Source: Phoronis australis (taxonomy: Eukaryota > Animalia > Phoronida). Taken from it: 61,752 nt of DNA. How positions within the stretch are numbered: the first letter of the stretch is position 1; each line of letters opens with the position of its first letter. A model generated the notes under the pieces. The model was not told where the DNA came from. It did not search any database and saw only the letters and a program-made list of their open reading frames with translations. The position numbers and the translations under genes are program-made. Below are positions 11,306-24,941 of the stretch, piece by piece. Location: positions 16,867 to 78,618 of the forward strand of contig NMRA01000984.1 in the NCBI GenBank assembly GCA_002633005.1, read 5' to 3'.

Positions 11306-13561
11306 GGTGGTGCTAGTGGGTAAAGTTTTCTCTTTTTAACATCCGAGTGAAGAGCAGAAAATGTTTCATTGGCAGCGTGGACTTGGGACAATATGGCAAG
11401 GTCTCGCCAGTTCCAGAGAAAAATAGCTGAGCAAAAATTGCCTTTTTCCATTTTTTCCTTCCGACATTTTTGAGGATGCCTATTAATTTTCAAAATATTG
11501 TCTTGTGGAATAGCTGTGACAGAGTTTAAACATGGAAAATGCCCATTTGGTACAAAATGTATTTTATGAAATTTCACTTGTTTGCCAGTGTCCTAAATTG
11601 GTGAGATTTTAACCATATCTGAATTGGAGGCATTTAATCTATGGGTAGGACCATCAGTCGTCTCACTTGTTCATTTCAAGTCCCCCATTAAATTCCAAAT
11701 AAAAACTAAGGTACATCACTTGCGTGGGTGAAACTCTTTAAAAAGGCCTATTTTTGTAGCAGAACTCTGTTCCAGGCTTTACCACATTATTAAAGTTTCT
11801 CAGCCCCATAATTTAATTTTACTGGGTTTAGGTCCTAACCGTGTTGGAAAACGGTGTCTTTTTCATAGAAGTTGCCAATAAATAAGACCCTTTTAATTGT
11901 TCTCAATCTCAAACGGTGGAGTTTCATTTCACCAATTCTGTAAGTGTGGGTATCCTGATGTTCCAGACACACACCCCATCAACAATTAGCACTTCCTTAG
12001 AAAAAACTAAAAGAGTATCTGATACCAACTGTTCTCTGGTAAAAACTTAACAAACGATGCTGACAACAGTTTATTATAATTATCGTAAAAAAAGTAAATT
12101 GGAGCATTTTACAATATGGCATTTTTTTCATTTTAACAGCATATACAACAATAAAACTAACTGAACAATGGCACATTCAAGAAGTAAACCGTACATTAAA
12201 TTGCAACAACAATTGACTTTTCACAAAAAGCAACGTAATGATTCACCAGATGTACTCTCTATACTCCAAAAATCTCTTCAAACATGACCAAATATTATGC
12301 TTACAACTGCATTCCCTCAGTATTTAAGTGGAAAATTAAGCCACTTCACTCATAATATTCCGTGCCGTGGCGAAAGAACTTGATTTCCATTGCCAACAAG
12401 AACATCTACGCCATCAGGTAAGTGATTTTAAACTGCAAACGCTTCAGTTAAAAATTCAACATTAACAGTTACCGAGTCCCATTTCAAAATGAAGGACTTG
12501 CTCCAAACCAAAATTATTGGCGTTACATAACGGAAGTTCTATGAAGTCACTGGGAGCTACAGTCAGTAACATTAATCGTTCTCCCATCAGTTGCACAAGA
12601 GAAATAGCTTTGAGACTTGACAGCTAACTGTGACTGGTTTAAATAAACTTGAGGAGGGGACAAAGAGTAAAGTTAACGTGGTTACTGAATGGTAGCACTT
12701 TCAAATAAATATTACAAAAATAATTTGACTTTCTACATATTATGTAACAGATTTCAAAAATCAAGCAAATAAATATATTAAATTACGGAACACAACATGG
12801 ATTCTGTAGACTAGCTCAGCCCGGAGAAAGCGCAGCTAAAAGACACTGAGGTGCCAAGAACGCGTTTCCAAATAAGCACATAAAATTGACTAGACAATGC
12901 ACATACAAATAGGAATGATTGTAACCTGAAAACAACATATGACAGTTGAATGCAGATACCTGAGACAAATTATCACCAAGTGAACAACTAATAACTTAAT
13001 GCACATCTTCCAGTACCAAGCCATTTCATTAACACTACCACTGGCAGTTCAAAAAACTCTTATTCAGGTTCAGGTGGAGACCCGTCATTGGTCAATTATT
13101 GAGTATAGTCTTGTGTAAAGCATGTGATTTCAGGCACAGGAAACCATACCACTTGCCCAGTTATAAAGACAAAAATTTGAAGGAAGCGTACAACAAAAAA
13201 TCAAATGCAAGATAATGAAGTACTGACAAGTGGACCAACTGCCAGATAATGGCATCCAAAACTAAAAGATTTTCAGTTTCTGAAACAGAATTTGAACATA
13301 GCTTCGTATGTGTACAAATAGTTCCTGAAACAACAATTGAACTTGTTATAACTCTGATGGTTGGATGAAGTCCATCAAAACTGGCTTCACAATTTCGTTT
13401 CAAATACGCCTCCCATTTTTGACGAATTTACCCGAGTAATTTCCAGTTCTGGATACAGTTGATGTGCGTGATAACTTCTGTGTCATCCGTTAAAACGAGA
13501 AGTGAATAACGAAGAAACCGATGAAACAAGAAATGAAGGCTTGGCGTGGTTTCTCCCTCGT

Positions 13562-16500
13562 CTATATGCGAATGTGAAATGTGCTGTAAAACAAGTGTCA
13601 AATACTAGAGTTGCTGATCGCTTTTGCACACATAAGATTCTGTGATCATCAACGTTTTGAAAAATAGGTAGTTTTACGGGTCTTCTATTATAAATTAATT
13701 ATAAAAAGAGATTTAATCGTTGGTAACAAAGGCAGCCAATTAAAACAATTAAGTAAAAATTTAACAAGTTCCCTAAATCTTTTGCATGTTTGTGTTGTTT
13801 ATCTTTTCCTATAATTTTATTTTTGTTATGAGCTCCTCTTTGACTTATGATATTTTCTAATGATATAATGTAAAAACTGAGCCCTACAGAGTTCAGTGAA
13901 ATCAAATATGGCCTTTAGTCTTTAAATTTAGAATGCAAGAAAAATCCCTACTTATTTTCAATGCTATTGAAAAACTGAATATAGAGTTCACTCTTCATTT
14001 GTAAACAAGCCATGAACTGAATTTGCAATTAAACTAAAAAATCATAACTAAAAAGGGACAAAGTGTTTTCACAAGTCCATAAATATGTAGTAAACTTAGG
14101 GAACTTAGTTGAGTCCCTATTTGGGTCCATTTCATGGAACCAGGCATTGTACCCCAATTGTTGGTTTCAAATTACAAGCACTTTAATTACTGCAACCTAC
14201 GAGACACCGAAAATTGTGTGATGTACTTACTTAACAAAGTCTGGAGCCCTGGAGATGACGTGCTCAAACTCAATAAAAGACAACTTCCCATCGTCATCTA
14301 AATCTGCTTCCTCCAACACCTGAATAGCAACATGCCAGAGAATCAATTGATTTCAGTCATACAGAGAATGGTTTGCGGTCTCTCCGTTGTTTAACAGTCT
14401 TGTCATGAAGTTGTTTGAAACTGTACTCTGCTATATGTACATATGATATCAAGATCATACTCACAGCAATGTGTGTGACCGTTCTTAACAGAAATATTCA
14501 GTTTCCATAACCCTATTCTCACTGCTCTTAGGTCACATGTAAATTATCTTATTCTCCCATTCTATTGTTAGAGAGTTCATTTTTGTTGAAAAAACATTTT
14601 GATTTTGCTACACTGAAAAATAATTCCTTTGTCAGATTGCAAATGCTTTGATTTGCTCATAATACTTTACATTCAATGATGACAATAGTTTAGCTCATCG
14701 CTAACGAGCAGTAGGAAGGTAATATATTTGAACAAAAGGTTCTAAGCAACACAAGCCATTAACAGCGACATCTATTGAAAATTTCTATGACACTGCAGTT
14801 GAGCATTCCCACAGTATCGAATCATCAATGCTCCCTCGTTAAATCCATCTATTTAAAGCATAGTTGCGAGAAGATTTTAACTTCAGTCCAAGACAGAATT
14901 AAGAGCGTTTCCGCAGACTGCCAACACATCTAACAGTTGATGTCAGAGGGAAAGGCCATATGAGTTGGAAATGAAATAGCTCACCTTTGTACAGACCACA
15001 TCAATCTCCTCAGGACTCAGTTCACTTTTAGTTATACAGTTGACCGTCTTCTCCAGATCAGCTCGACCCAAGTGGTTGTCACCATCAAAGTCTGAAAGGA
15101 AGGGAAACAAACAAGAATTACAACTCGCAAGTACCATTGCCACTTGCTTTGGCCACTCATTTTATTCTGCACAATCCAAACTTATTTGGAAAAATAATTT
15201 CTTGTCTTTCTCTTGCTTTTCATGAAGCCAACGGTAAAATCTGACAAATTTGAGACACGACTACCACCAGACATTGTTTTGGGAAATCGTGAACAGTCAA
15301 AACGTCAGAAACCTTTGAAAAATGAAAAACATCAATTATAAATTTTAGCTATTCTTGTCCAAATATGGGTGAGATTTTACCGTATTCGGTAAATTTCAAA
15401 GCCACGTATCTTACTCACGATTTTGAATAGGAAGAAATAACTGACTCAGTTTTTGTTCTACCCAAGTCTCCTTTGGAGTTTAAAGGATGTTATAATAAAC
15501 TATAATTTTCTGTATTCTACATCCAACATTCAGTACAACACATCTCAAGAGCACTCATACCAAGTAAGTAAAACATGAAGTATGCAAGGTTATGAAGGAC
15601 ATACCTAATATCGACATTAGTCTGTTATTCAGTTTAATATCCACAAAATTAAGTATTTTAACTGTGAGTAAATTTTGTACATATGTTTTGAATATAGAAA
15701 ATCTGCAGAATTTGATTTTCAACTTTATACCAATCCACCATTAATTGGGTCACAAACCATGGGTTTTAGTGAAATTTAGCAATAGCAAAACAACAGTTCA
15801 ATAACACAACCAAATTTTCCTTGACAAAAACTTTCAAGAAGAAATCCTTAAAATCCTGTTACAGTTTTGTAAACTGTCCTATTGTTTTAAAAAATTTGAT
15901 TCTTATTAGAAATCATGAAAGTCTTAATTTTGTTAGCCCCACTTACAAAAGTAGAACATTTTCATTTTAAAAATAATCCCAATAAAAGCAGTTTGGAAAA
16001 CATAAAGAGTAACATGACTCTGACGGGGGTACTCCGTGCACGGCGCATATTAACTGCATCTCAACACACTTGCCATAAATCCTGAAGGCATAAACAGCTT
16101 TCAGTTCACGAGGAGCAGCTTCCCCAAATATTGAGAACATGTCAAGGAAGTCGTCAAACGTCAGGCCCTCCTTGTTGTCCTCAGCAAAAACTTCACAGAT
16201 CCGTCTGCTGAAAGGGTTCTCCTACAACAGGAGGGTATTTTGTAGGATGTTACTACATGAATAAATGCTGGACAGATAAAGTTGTTGTTCACCCTATTTT
16301 GATGTTCTTGATGGTTGTGGAAATGAGGAATATTATGAGTCTGATTTTATTAAAGTAAAAATCCTCGTACAGTTTTCATTTTATAGCCAGCCAAACAGGG
16401 TGAAATGCACCTTTAAGGTTATAATCAGGTTTTTCAAGATTTCACCTACAAAACAAAAAAAATTACAAACAGTAGAATATTTTTTCTGAAAGCTTAAGAA

Positions 16501-19500
16501 TTCCATTTTGGAATTAAACAGCAATCTGCCGATGGATTTGGTGACCACCCTGTTTAATGAAGCAAAACATATGTTTGGAATTATGAACACCCATGACAAA
16601 ATGAACAGTAATTAAATTACATGCATTGGCTAAAATTACTTTCATGTTAAATTTCCAAGAATGAAATCTCAAAAACTGTGTTCAGGGCTGTGATGAGTAT
16701 CTTTGAAGTGAAAAAAAAATTTTTTTTGGTCATTAGGAAATGTCTACAATTCTGGAAAAGTGCTTTCATGAGATTGTAACTTTCTATTAAGTTCTAATAC
16801 CAGTAGCCTTAAACAAAAAGAATGTCACTGTTCTCTGCAACCTGTTTTGTACTTCACAGTAATGAGTTTGGATTTTGCTACATTGAGTGTACCTCACCTG
16901 TATCCACTACAGTTTAGAAAACAATGCGAGCTAAAAATCATGGAAAAATTATAGTAATTTTAAATAAACTAACACAAGTTTTTAAACGTTTTTGTCATCG
17001 TGTTTAAATTTTCAGCACAGCAGTACAGAATCAGTGTTTTCTGCAACTAGTTTTAATGTGTCACTATGACCTGTTTGGCAGCACTTGCGACACATTTGAA
17101 CGCCACCGAACTCGGTGTAAGAAAGAGATCAGTTAGGAAAGAGACAGAGCCTCCACACCGAACACTGTAAATTATAGCACTTTTGCTATCTAAAATAAAA
17201 AGTTAAACATCCAAAATTGTCATGACTGCTTTCTGCCCACCACAAAAAAATCTACATAATGCTTAACATGCAAAATAGAGGAAAGCAAACACCCAAACCA
17301 AACATAAACTGACCAACGACTCTTAATGAGACTATCTTTAGTAAAAACCAACACAGCGGACACTCAATAGCATGACTTATTGATTTTGTATCGTTACTAT
17401 TGTTTGCTTTTTGGGGCGTTTTCACCTGTACCTGCTATCAATCAAATTGCATTGTATGATAAGGTACATGAACATCAATAATCTAAGTTGGGCACTTAGA
17501 GGACGTATACTGAGAATTTCGTAGGCAGGGAACCAAACCAGTCGTTTCAGACAAATTCATGGCTGGCTAGTCAGCAATGTCACTGGTAATAGTCACTGAT
17601 GAGGGTCCCCGGGTTTTGAGAAGCAGTTTTAATGCACGTGTCATAGAGTAAAGTGGTTCTCAAAATTTTGAACCCCAGTAAGTGGCTAGATACAAATTGT
17701 TACCTATAACTAGTCAATCTGAAGTTACCATAACTGTAAAAATTATACAAAATCACGACTTCTGTAACAATAACAGTAACCCTTGCTATAGTAAAAATAA
17801 CAGAAATAGCCACATAACAAACCTCCACATATTTGGCACAAAAAATAATTGCCAAATTGTCACTTTTCTACTTTTATAAAGCAGATAACAGGAAATAATG
17901 GAACAATTACCAAAAGTTGTTTTATGACATTTACATAGCATAAACAAGTCAAATATTTTCTTCATCTTTAGTTCTTGTCCAGCCAATTTTGACAAAATAG
18001 AATTATATACTTGTCGGCGGTATTGTGAGCTAATGAAACGTAGTGACCAAATACAATATACAACGATAACAAAATTACATGGTCAAGTCTAACTGAGGAG
18101 TTTGCACAGAAAAACAATAAGGATGATTATGTAACTGTGGGTAAAAGTTTAATTTTTTCCATCAACACATTGAGGTCACTGGTATTGCATCGTCAATATG
18201 CTTTCAGACTTTTCTATTGGGGACATTGATTATCGTAATGTAAAGCAAGGAAACGAGGCTTTGAGGATTTTTGTACCAGTATCAAATATCACTATCCGGT
18301 ATTAAATATTGTGACATGTAACGAACAAAAATATATGGTTTTATTTGACTTTAAACGTCTTTGACCAAACTTGGATCCAGCAAGTTTACAACCCAAAATG
18401 CACTTACACCTATAACAGAGGCGAAAGAGAGGGATTAAAAACTAATAAAAACTAAACACGGATAATTACATAATGAAGTTAAACAAAAACACGGGATTAA
18501 AAGGCCATTTCCCCCTACTCACGATCTAAAAACGATATCATTCCACTAGTATAAAAACACAACACAGGTACTCAATAAGCTGCGCCTAAAAGGCAATTCC
18601 ATGCTTCATTTTGTCCATTGTGATGAAAGAGTTCAAAGCAGCTGCAATATAACCCATCTTCCATCACAAAAATCAAGTTCTGATTAACAATGCTTGCAGT
18701 AATGAATCAGATCTCAAATCGTTTCTTAATCAAAATGTGATTTTTGGCTTGGAAAGAACTGACAGACTCTACCTACCACGTCTCTAAGTAAGTAACCATC
18801 TTGCACTACAACTGACAGACTGTAGTAGCTTGAAACCAAGCTGCACAAGTAGACTTGTCACCGAGTGTCATTTTATTCACTGAACATGGTCTCATGCAAT
18901 GATCAACTGTCAGTTCCTTGTAAGACCAAAAACCAACTCTCATTTCAGTAAGCAACAAATTGAGACCACTTCTACAGTGGTTTAAATCAAGTTACGTATT
19001 TTGATGAAATGCAAGTTTACAGCTGTTTAGGCAATTCAGCAGTGTTTTTACATACCGTATTAACATAAGGCACAAGCACTATGCAATCGCTCAAAGTAGG
19101 TTGATTAATTCAGACTAACAATCACAACTCAAAATCTCCTAGTCACAACAGCTGATTTCTAACATCTAAACAGATTAAAAGATCATTAATGACTAACACG
19201 ATAATGACCATATTACGGAAGGATGATCCGTCTCGCACAAAACTGGTGTATTTTTGATACACTCAATCTCCTTTACCTGCCGAAATGAATGAAATGCCAC
19301 TTGAACTAAATGACCATGAAAAGGATGAGCACAGGCCCAAACATCGTACCTTTAATTCTGGCATTTTTTCCACGTCCTCAAAGCTGATGAGAATATCCTG
19401 CGGCTGCTGTTGAGTCATGTCCTCTGGCACAATATCTGCTCGTAACGATCGAAACCGTCGGAATATTCGCAGGATCTCCTTCCTTGTGAAAAAACTGCAG

Positions 19501-22500
19501 TCCTAATGCAAAGAGTCAAAGATGTTGGTTTACACAAAAATTCAAAATGATAGAACAAATTATCAGTAAAACTTTTTTTAAGGGCCTAGGGATTTCGTTC
19601 CATAGGTCTACTACATTTTTAAATCATACAATCTCCTGTACCAAGGTACCTAAACTACATGGTTAATGGACTCATAAACACGGCTCACGGACGCATGAAC
19701 TCGACTCACCGACCTGCAAACATCGTCCACTGACTCACAAACACCGGAACGGACTAACAAAACATGATCCATGCACCCAAGCACACGGGACACGGACTTA
19801 TATTCCTAAGGAAACACGGTTAACGGACCACCAAACATGGTTTACGGACAAAATGGAGATGTCAGCTGACCCAGGAAGCCGATGAGTCCATGACCCGTGT
19901 TTGGCGGTCCGTTAACCGTGTTTCCTCGTGAATACGAGTCCGTGTCCTGTGTATTTGGGTGCGTGGATTGTGTTTTGTGAGTCCGTTCCTGTGTTTGTGA
20001 GTTAGTGTACGGTGTTTGCAGGTCCATGAGTCGTGTGCATGCGTTCGATCCCCGTGTTTATGAGTCCGTTGACCGTGTAGTTTAGGTACCTTGTGTACAA
20101 TTGCAAGTCACAACAGTTGTGGGTCACCTTGCTTAGGTAACTTTCTAGAATAAAAAACAATTCAATGGAAAACAGTGTTTGGTCACCAACCTGCAAGTTT
20201 CATTTTGCAAACAGAGGAAAAAGGAGAACTTAGTGTGATCTCTATAATACCAACATTCTTAGACAAACAGTCTCTCCTATTCAAACTGCTCTTCTCCCTC
20301 TGTAGTACAAAAAATCACAATAGAAATCACCGACAGTACTTTTCAATGTCTCTTGTTATCTCTTAGGTAACCAGCCAGCTAGCTGAGTATAACTGAATGT
20401 CAAAACAACTAGTGAACAACGTGGGAAAAAATTCCCAATTGAAGCTGACCCTTGATTTTCAGTTTATCATGGCTCTTTTGTATGGTACTCTCGCAATGAA
20501 ACTTCCATGAAAATTCTATCAACAACCGTGGGTAAGTTTTTTGCAACTGCGACATTCAAATGACACTTTGCCTTTCTTCATGACCATTTAAAGAAAACAC
20601 AATCTGATGGACGTTGTATTCTTACATCGCACTTCCACTTTTGAAACAAAGAAAAGTTAGACATGGATTTCAAAACAGTGCGTGCTCATGACAAGTGCAA
20701 ATGTGGCACTTACTTACCGGTAATACTTAGTTTAGTTATTAGAGGCACCATTTGAGAGATGATGACAATTTCTGTGAAGCAAAACGTCCTCAAAATTTTG
20801 GTTCGCTGACAGTAAGGTATTGAAAACTACAGACACTTCAGGTAATTCATTGCGAACTGTAAGATATTTTGCGAAACAACAATGGATTTAAGAACTGGCA
20901 AAAACAGAGATACCGCTCAATTTCATGGCAAAATATGATCGCTCAACAAACTTAATTGCAGAAATGAATAACAGACTAACGGTATTCTTTTCAGACAGAG
21001 GCTGGTAAACATATTAACCTACTGAGGGAAGAGTGAACTTTCTAATAACACTAAATTTTTGGATTTTGTTTTAACCCAGGTCGTTCTAAACCATAGCTTT
21101 GCACTAAGCCAGGTTGGTCGGTATCCTTGGTGCAAACTAGGAACCAATTTTGTGCCTACTAGTAGGTACAAAGTTGTACAGTATAAATATACAGCTTTGC
21201 TCCCTGATGTAGGTAAACAACTGGCTAAATGAAATCTCAAAAAATAATATTCAACCAACTACGGTGTTATTGAGGTTGAGTACACATAGTCACACCAATT
21301 AGTTATTGGAATTGGTTTCATTTCATAATAAGATAAATTTTTAGCATGTTATTACCAGCAAACCGAATTTCAGAACAAAAATTGCTTTGATGAAGCTGTT
21401 ATCATCTCTTAAAGATGTCACAAAAAATTAGCAAAGTGCATGCCTGCACGTCACGAGTGTCTGTAACTTGTAGTCGACAGCAGATTTTTCATTTTAAGCC
21501 TTATAAATGACAAAAAATGAAGTTTGAAGGGTTGTTGCTATAAAGGCCAAGGTGAGTGTTGGTTGGCTCCCCAATTTTGCACGCAACCTAATTGGTCATT
21601 AGCTCAAGATGTAAATATAAGTAAGTTTCATGAGGTGACAAGCAGAACTAACCAGGCGGTATAAAGAGCACAAGTAGCGGTTCCTAGCTGTATTTTGACA
21701 AAATGCAGCTAGCTGGCTGACAGGCCAGTCCAGTTGGCTGGCTAATTGGCAAGATGCAAATCAATCTCTGGGCAACACCATCTCAACTGGCCCCAGTAGA
21801 AGGTGGTCATCCTATAGGCCATCACATCTGATGGTGCGAGCAATGTACGACTTGGACAACACAATGAAGGACTGTTTGAAAAAAGTTTAATTACACAGAT
21901 TACAGAAGTACTTTTCACAGCTGGGACAAATTAAAGACATTGATGGCCTCGTAAGGTGTTTCTCTGTGTGCAAAAGTGATAGCAACATGACTTTGAGGTT
22001 TAATCAGCATAAGAAATAATTCGCTGAAAAGCTTATGGCATGTGGAGGGCCTATGGGATGGCCACCGTCTCTCATGGAGCCAGTTTAGATGGAGGTATTA
22101 CTGTGCATGAACTTGGAGTCCTGCTCAATATACCATGTAACTTGGAAAGTTCACTCAAATAATCATGTTCACGTTAAAAAATTTCCACCGCACTAAAGCA
22201 AATTACATTCAATAAAACAAGGTAAACTTTAACCAACCTCTTTTCAACCAGTGGATCACCAAGCAACAACTAAGATTAACAGTTCACATAGTAATTCTGA
22301 TTCTGTGACACAAGAGAAAATGGATGATCATGAGGCCAGCAACAGCAAAAATTCTTTTCAGTGAACAAAAAAATTTCACCAGATTGAATTTAACATGGAC
22401 TATTCAATTCCAAGTGTACGCACTCCACCTTGAGACTACTTGCAATGTGATGAATCTTCAGTGAGTGTAGTACTGCAAAGGGCTGGCCTTGAAGCAAGGG

Positions 22501-24723
22501 TTAACTGGGTTCGAAACTTGGATGTGATTTTTCAGTACATTGGCACCGAACAACGGTACTGTATACTCGAAGACCATGCAGTCTCGTGTTTTATAGTGCC
22601 ATAATGGCTGAGGAGGTGGATAAACAGACGGCCAATCTTATGTTGAGTTCCAGGTGGCGTGACCCCTAATCATTGACAATGTACAGGGAAGTGAGCAGTA
22701 GTACTTAATATAAAGGCCACTCTTAATCACTCGCCTACAGGTAATTACTCTTTAGTAACCTGGTTAGGACGTCTGGAATTGAAGAAAGAGGTATGGGGTT
22801 CGAAACTCTGACTGAGTGATTTTTTACTACAGTTGAGTAATGAGGATTTTAAGTCCACCCACACTCACGCACCACACTCACAGCACGGTCAGCAGTACTG
22901 TCTAATTACTAGCCTTGGTACAAAGCTGTATACTAAATATACAGCTTTGTGCCGAGGTGGGTAAAAAAGTGATAAGATAAAATCTGAGACAAAATTAGTG
23001 TCATTAAAAACTGCAGTCTTCCTTGAGTAAACTAAATTATTTAACGGTGTTGGAAAAAATGGCGTTCTGCTGCTAAAGTTGTGGAGTGATCTATTACGTA
23101 ACCTATGGGCCAATTTCTTTTTTCGCCAATTCTTCAAACAACTGTTCTTCTTCCGTACGGTAGCATAGATATCGCAACAAATTATTGGAACTGGTTTCAT
23201 TTAGTTACAAGTTTATAGAATTTTGATACTGAAAAACTGAATTTCAGAAGAAATTTTGCTGCCGCCAAGCTATCATCATCTCCCAAGAGATGTCGCAAAT
23301 ATTTAGGAAATGGCGCATATGCGTGTCATAAGCGTACTGTTTTCAAAATGACAACATAACTTTTCTTTGTTAGAAAAGGTGGAGGATTATGCAAGAAAAT
23401 AGCGTTTATTGGATTGTTTTCCACTTAAATGGCAGTAAAGGGCAAGGTGAGTGTCGTTTGATTCCAAGATTTTGCAAGAACCCAGTCTCTATAGCTCTAC
23501 AAGTTGATACAGGTTTCACTGCAAGTTGACGAGCAGAACTACCCTGGCTGTGTGCAATTTCGAGGTCTATGGAAGAAAAACGCACAGTGGTACCAAACTG
23601 TATTTTGACAATAGTCTTCATACAGCTAGCTAGCTGGCTGGTTATCTAATCCTAGGCCTAGGCCCTAGGCTAGGGCTAGGTCAACCAGACAGGTAGGCAA
23701 TGACCATCGCCTCTGTTGGCCCGAAGCAGAGGCGATGTAGAGGCTATAGGCGCTCTGTACGCCGGAAGCTTTTCGGCGAATTATGCCTCGCACCGACTAA
23801 ACCATCAAAGTCACGCTGTTACAAATACCTTTTGCGCATAGAGGAACACCTTAGGAGGTTGTCGATGTGTTTAATTCCTTCCAACTCGAACAAATACTCC
23901 CGTTATGAAACTTTTTCTTCGAGCAGTCCCTATTTCAGTTCCCAAAATCGTGAACTCAACTTTTTTATACTGCGCACGCTCCAATTCATGACCTCAATCT
24001 TTAAATAGGCCAAAGGTGAGCCATTGCGGTCTTGGCAGTCAAATGTTCGTTTCCAAAATGCCACCACTTATACTTGTCTTTAATTGGCGTTACTTGAAAC
24101 TGATTGTATTTCAATGAATCATTGTTTGTATTTGATAAAAACAAATGCTGTTGATATGACATTTAATAGTCTTTTTGCACATATTTGACATTTTAATGTT
24201 TAACAACACGGCAAATGCACGGCTGGTTCCCGGCAGCACGTACGCGAAGGGCGGGAACTTCAGCTTTCAAAGTTCGCCGGTAGGTCCGCAACTTCTGACC
24301 TTCGGCCTGGTTAAAAAAATGAAAAAGTTGAGTTCACGATTTTGGGAACTGAAATAGGGACTGCTCGAAGAAAAAGTTTCATAACGGGAGTATTTGTTCG
24401 AGTTGGAAGGAATTAAACACATCGACAACCTCCTAAGGTGTTCCTCTATGCGCAAAAGGTATTTGTAACAACGTGACTTTGATGGTTTAGTCGGTGCGAG
24501 GCATAATTCGCCGAAAAGCTTCCGGCGTACAGAGCGCCTATAGCCTCTACATCACCTCTGCTTCGGGCCAACAGAGGCGATGGTCATTGCCTACCGCCCT
24601 ACCAGACAGGCAGACTGGTTCCTAATCACATGCACAGTAAAGCAATAATTCATTGAATTAAGACAAGCATACTTGATAGTGGTCCATCTGCTCCTCTGTA
24701 AAATGCGCAAGCTGGTTTCCCAT
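13562..24723 (-). CDS. CIB2: Calcium- and integrin-binding family protein (CIB2/CIB3-like), 6 exons, 189 aa
   Basis: Exons in transcript order: 24723-24673 ([17 protein letters not shown]), 19502-19350 ([12 protein letters not shown]...MPELK), 16221-16074 ([12 protein letters not shown]...[10 protein letters not shown]; GC donor), 15091-14985 ([15 protein letters not shown]-hand), 14319-14231 ([28 protein letters not shown]-hand) and 13583-13562 (TFHIRI*). The CDS totals 570 nt in frame. CIB2 versus CIB3 orthology is unresolved; it is probably a co-ortholog of both. Confidence 0.93.
19641..20095. mobile_element. Foldback-type MITE (arms of about 205 bp, spacer of about 40 bp), TA-flanked
   Basis: CAAGGTACCTAAACTACA... 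and ...TGTAGTTTAGGTACCTTG are reverse complements over about 200 bp. The arms are built from CACGGAC/GGACTCA subrepeats. It lies in CIB intron 1. Confidence 0.85.
21305..23560. repeat. Two diverged copies of a dispersed repeat (about 21305-21660 and 23185-23560)
   Basis: Shared blocks: TGGTTTCATTT, GAATTTCAGAA, ATCATCTC..AAGATGTC and CAAGGTGAGTGT. Confidence 0.6.
22100..22385 (-). mobile_element. Diverged copy of the 57316-57712 MITE
   Basis: CTGTGCATGAACTTGGAGTCCTGCTCAAT...TTTAACCAACCTCTTTTCAAC...AAAAATTTCACC matches the reverse complement of that element. Confidence 0.6.
23694..24601. mobile_element. Mutator/MULE-like non-autonomous element (near-perfect TIRs of about 270 bp, 9-bp TSD)
   Basis: 23694-23965 is the reverse complement of about 24322-24593 with very few mismatches. 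CCAGACAGG flanks it at 23685-23693 and 24602-24610. The right end has an extra CCGCCCTA. No transposase is encoded. Confidence 0.85.
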
Positions 24724-24941
24724 GTTCTTTTAGGCACTTCTAGTGACTTGTAAACTAACAATTTTAAAAAACGTTAAAAAGGACATGAACATGAACTCCA
24801 ACCCGTATTTACGGAAGTGAAAAGTAACGACAGGTGTCGCCCTTGTTGAACATGCGCAAAAGGTTCCCTTACGACCCACGTTTCGGATTTCTAAAAGTGT
24901 ACTTTACTGGAGTTCGAGAACCGTACAAGTGCACATTGCAG
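24724..24941. promoter_or_regulatory. Bidirectional promoter of CIB/TRMT1 and probable non-coding first exon of TRMT1
   Basis: Lies just upstream of the CIB ATG (24723). It contains an ETS/GABP-type CGGAAGTG (24812-24819), an NRF1-like CATGCGCA (24851-24858) and a + strand donor TTGCAG|gtaatc at 24941 that could splice to the TRMT1 acceptor at 27131. Confidence 0.6.

Noticed and set aside
23700-24455. Paired ORFs with an identical peptide on opposite strands (23700-24008 +, 24267-24455 -; relative at 58595-58777)
   Set aside because: They are by-products of the long TIRs and have no protein-family motifs.
24852-24941. ATG-initiated coding first exon for TRMT1
   Set aside because: The phase-0 donor is out of frame with ATG 27141 at either acceptor. 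At most it is a uORF.
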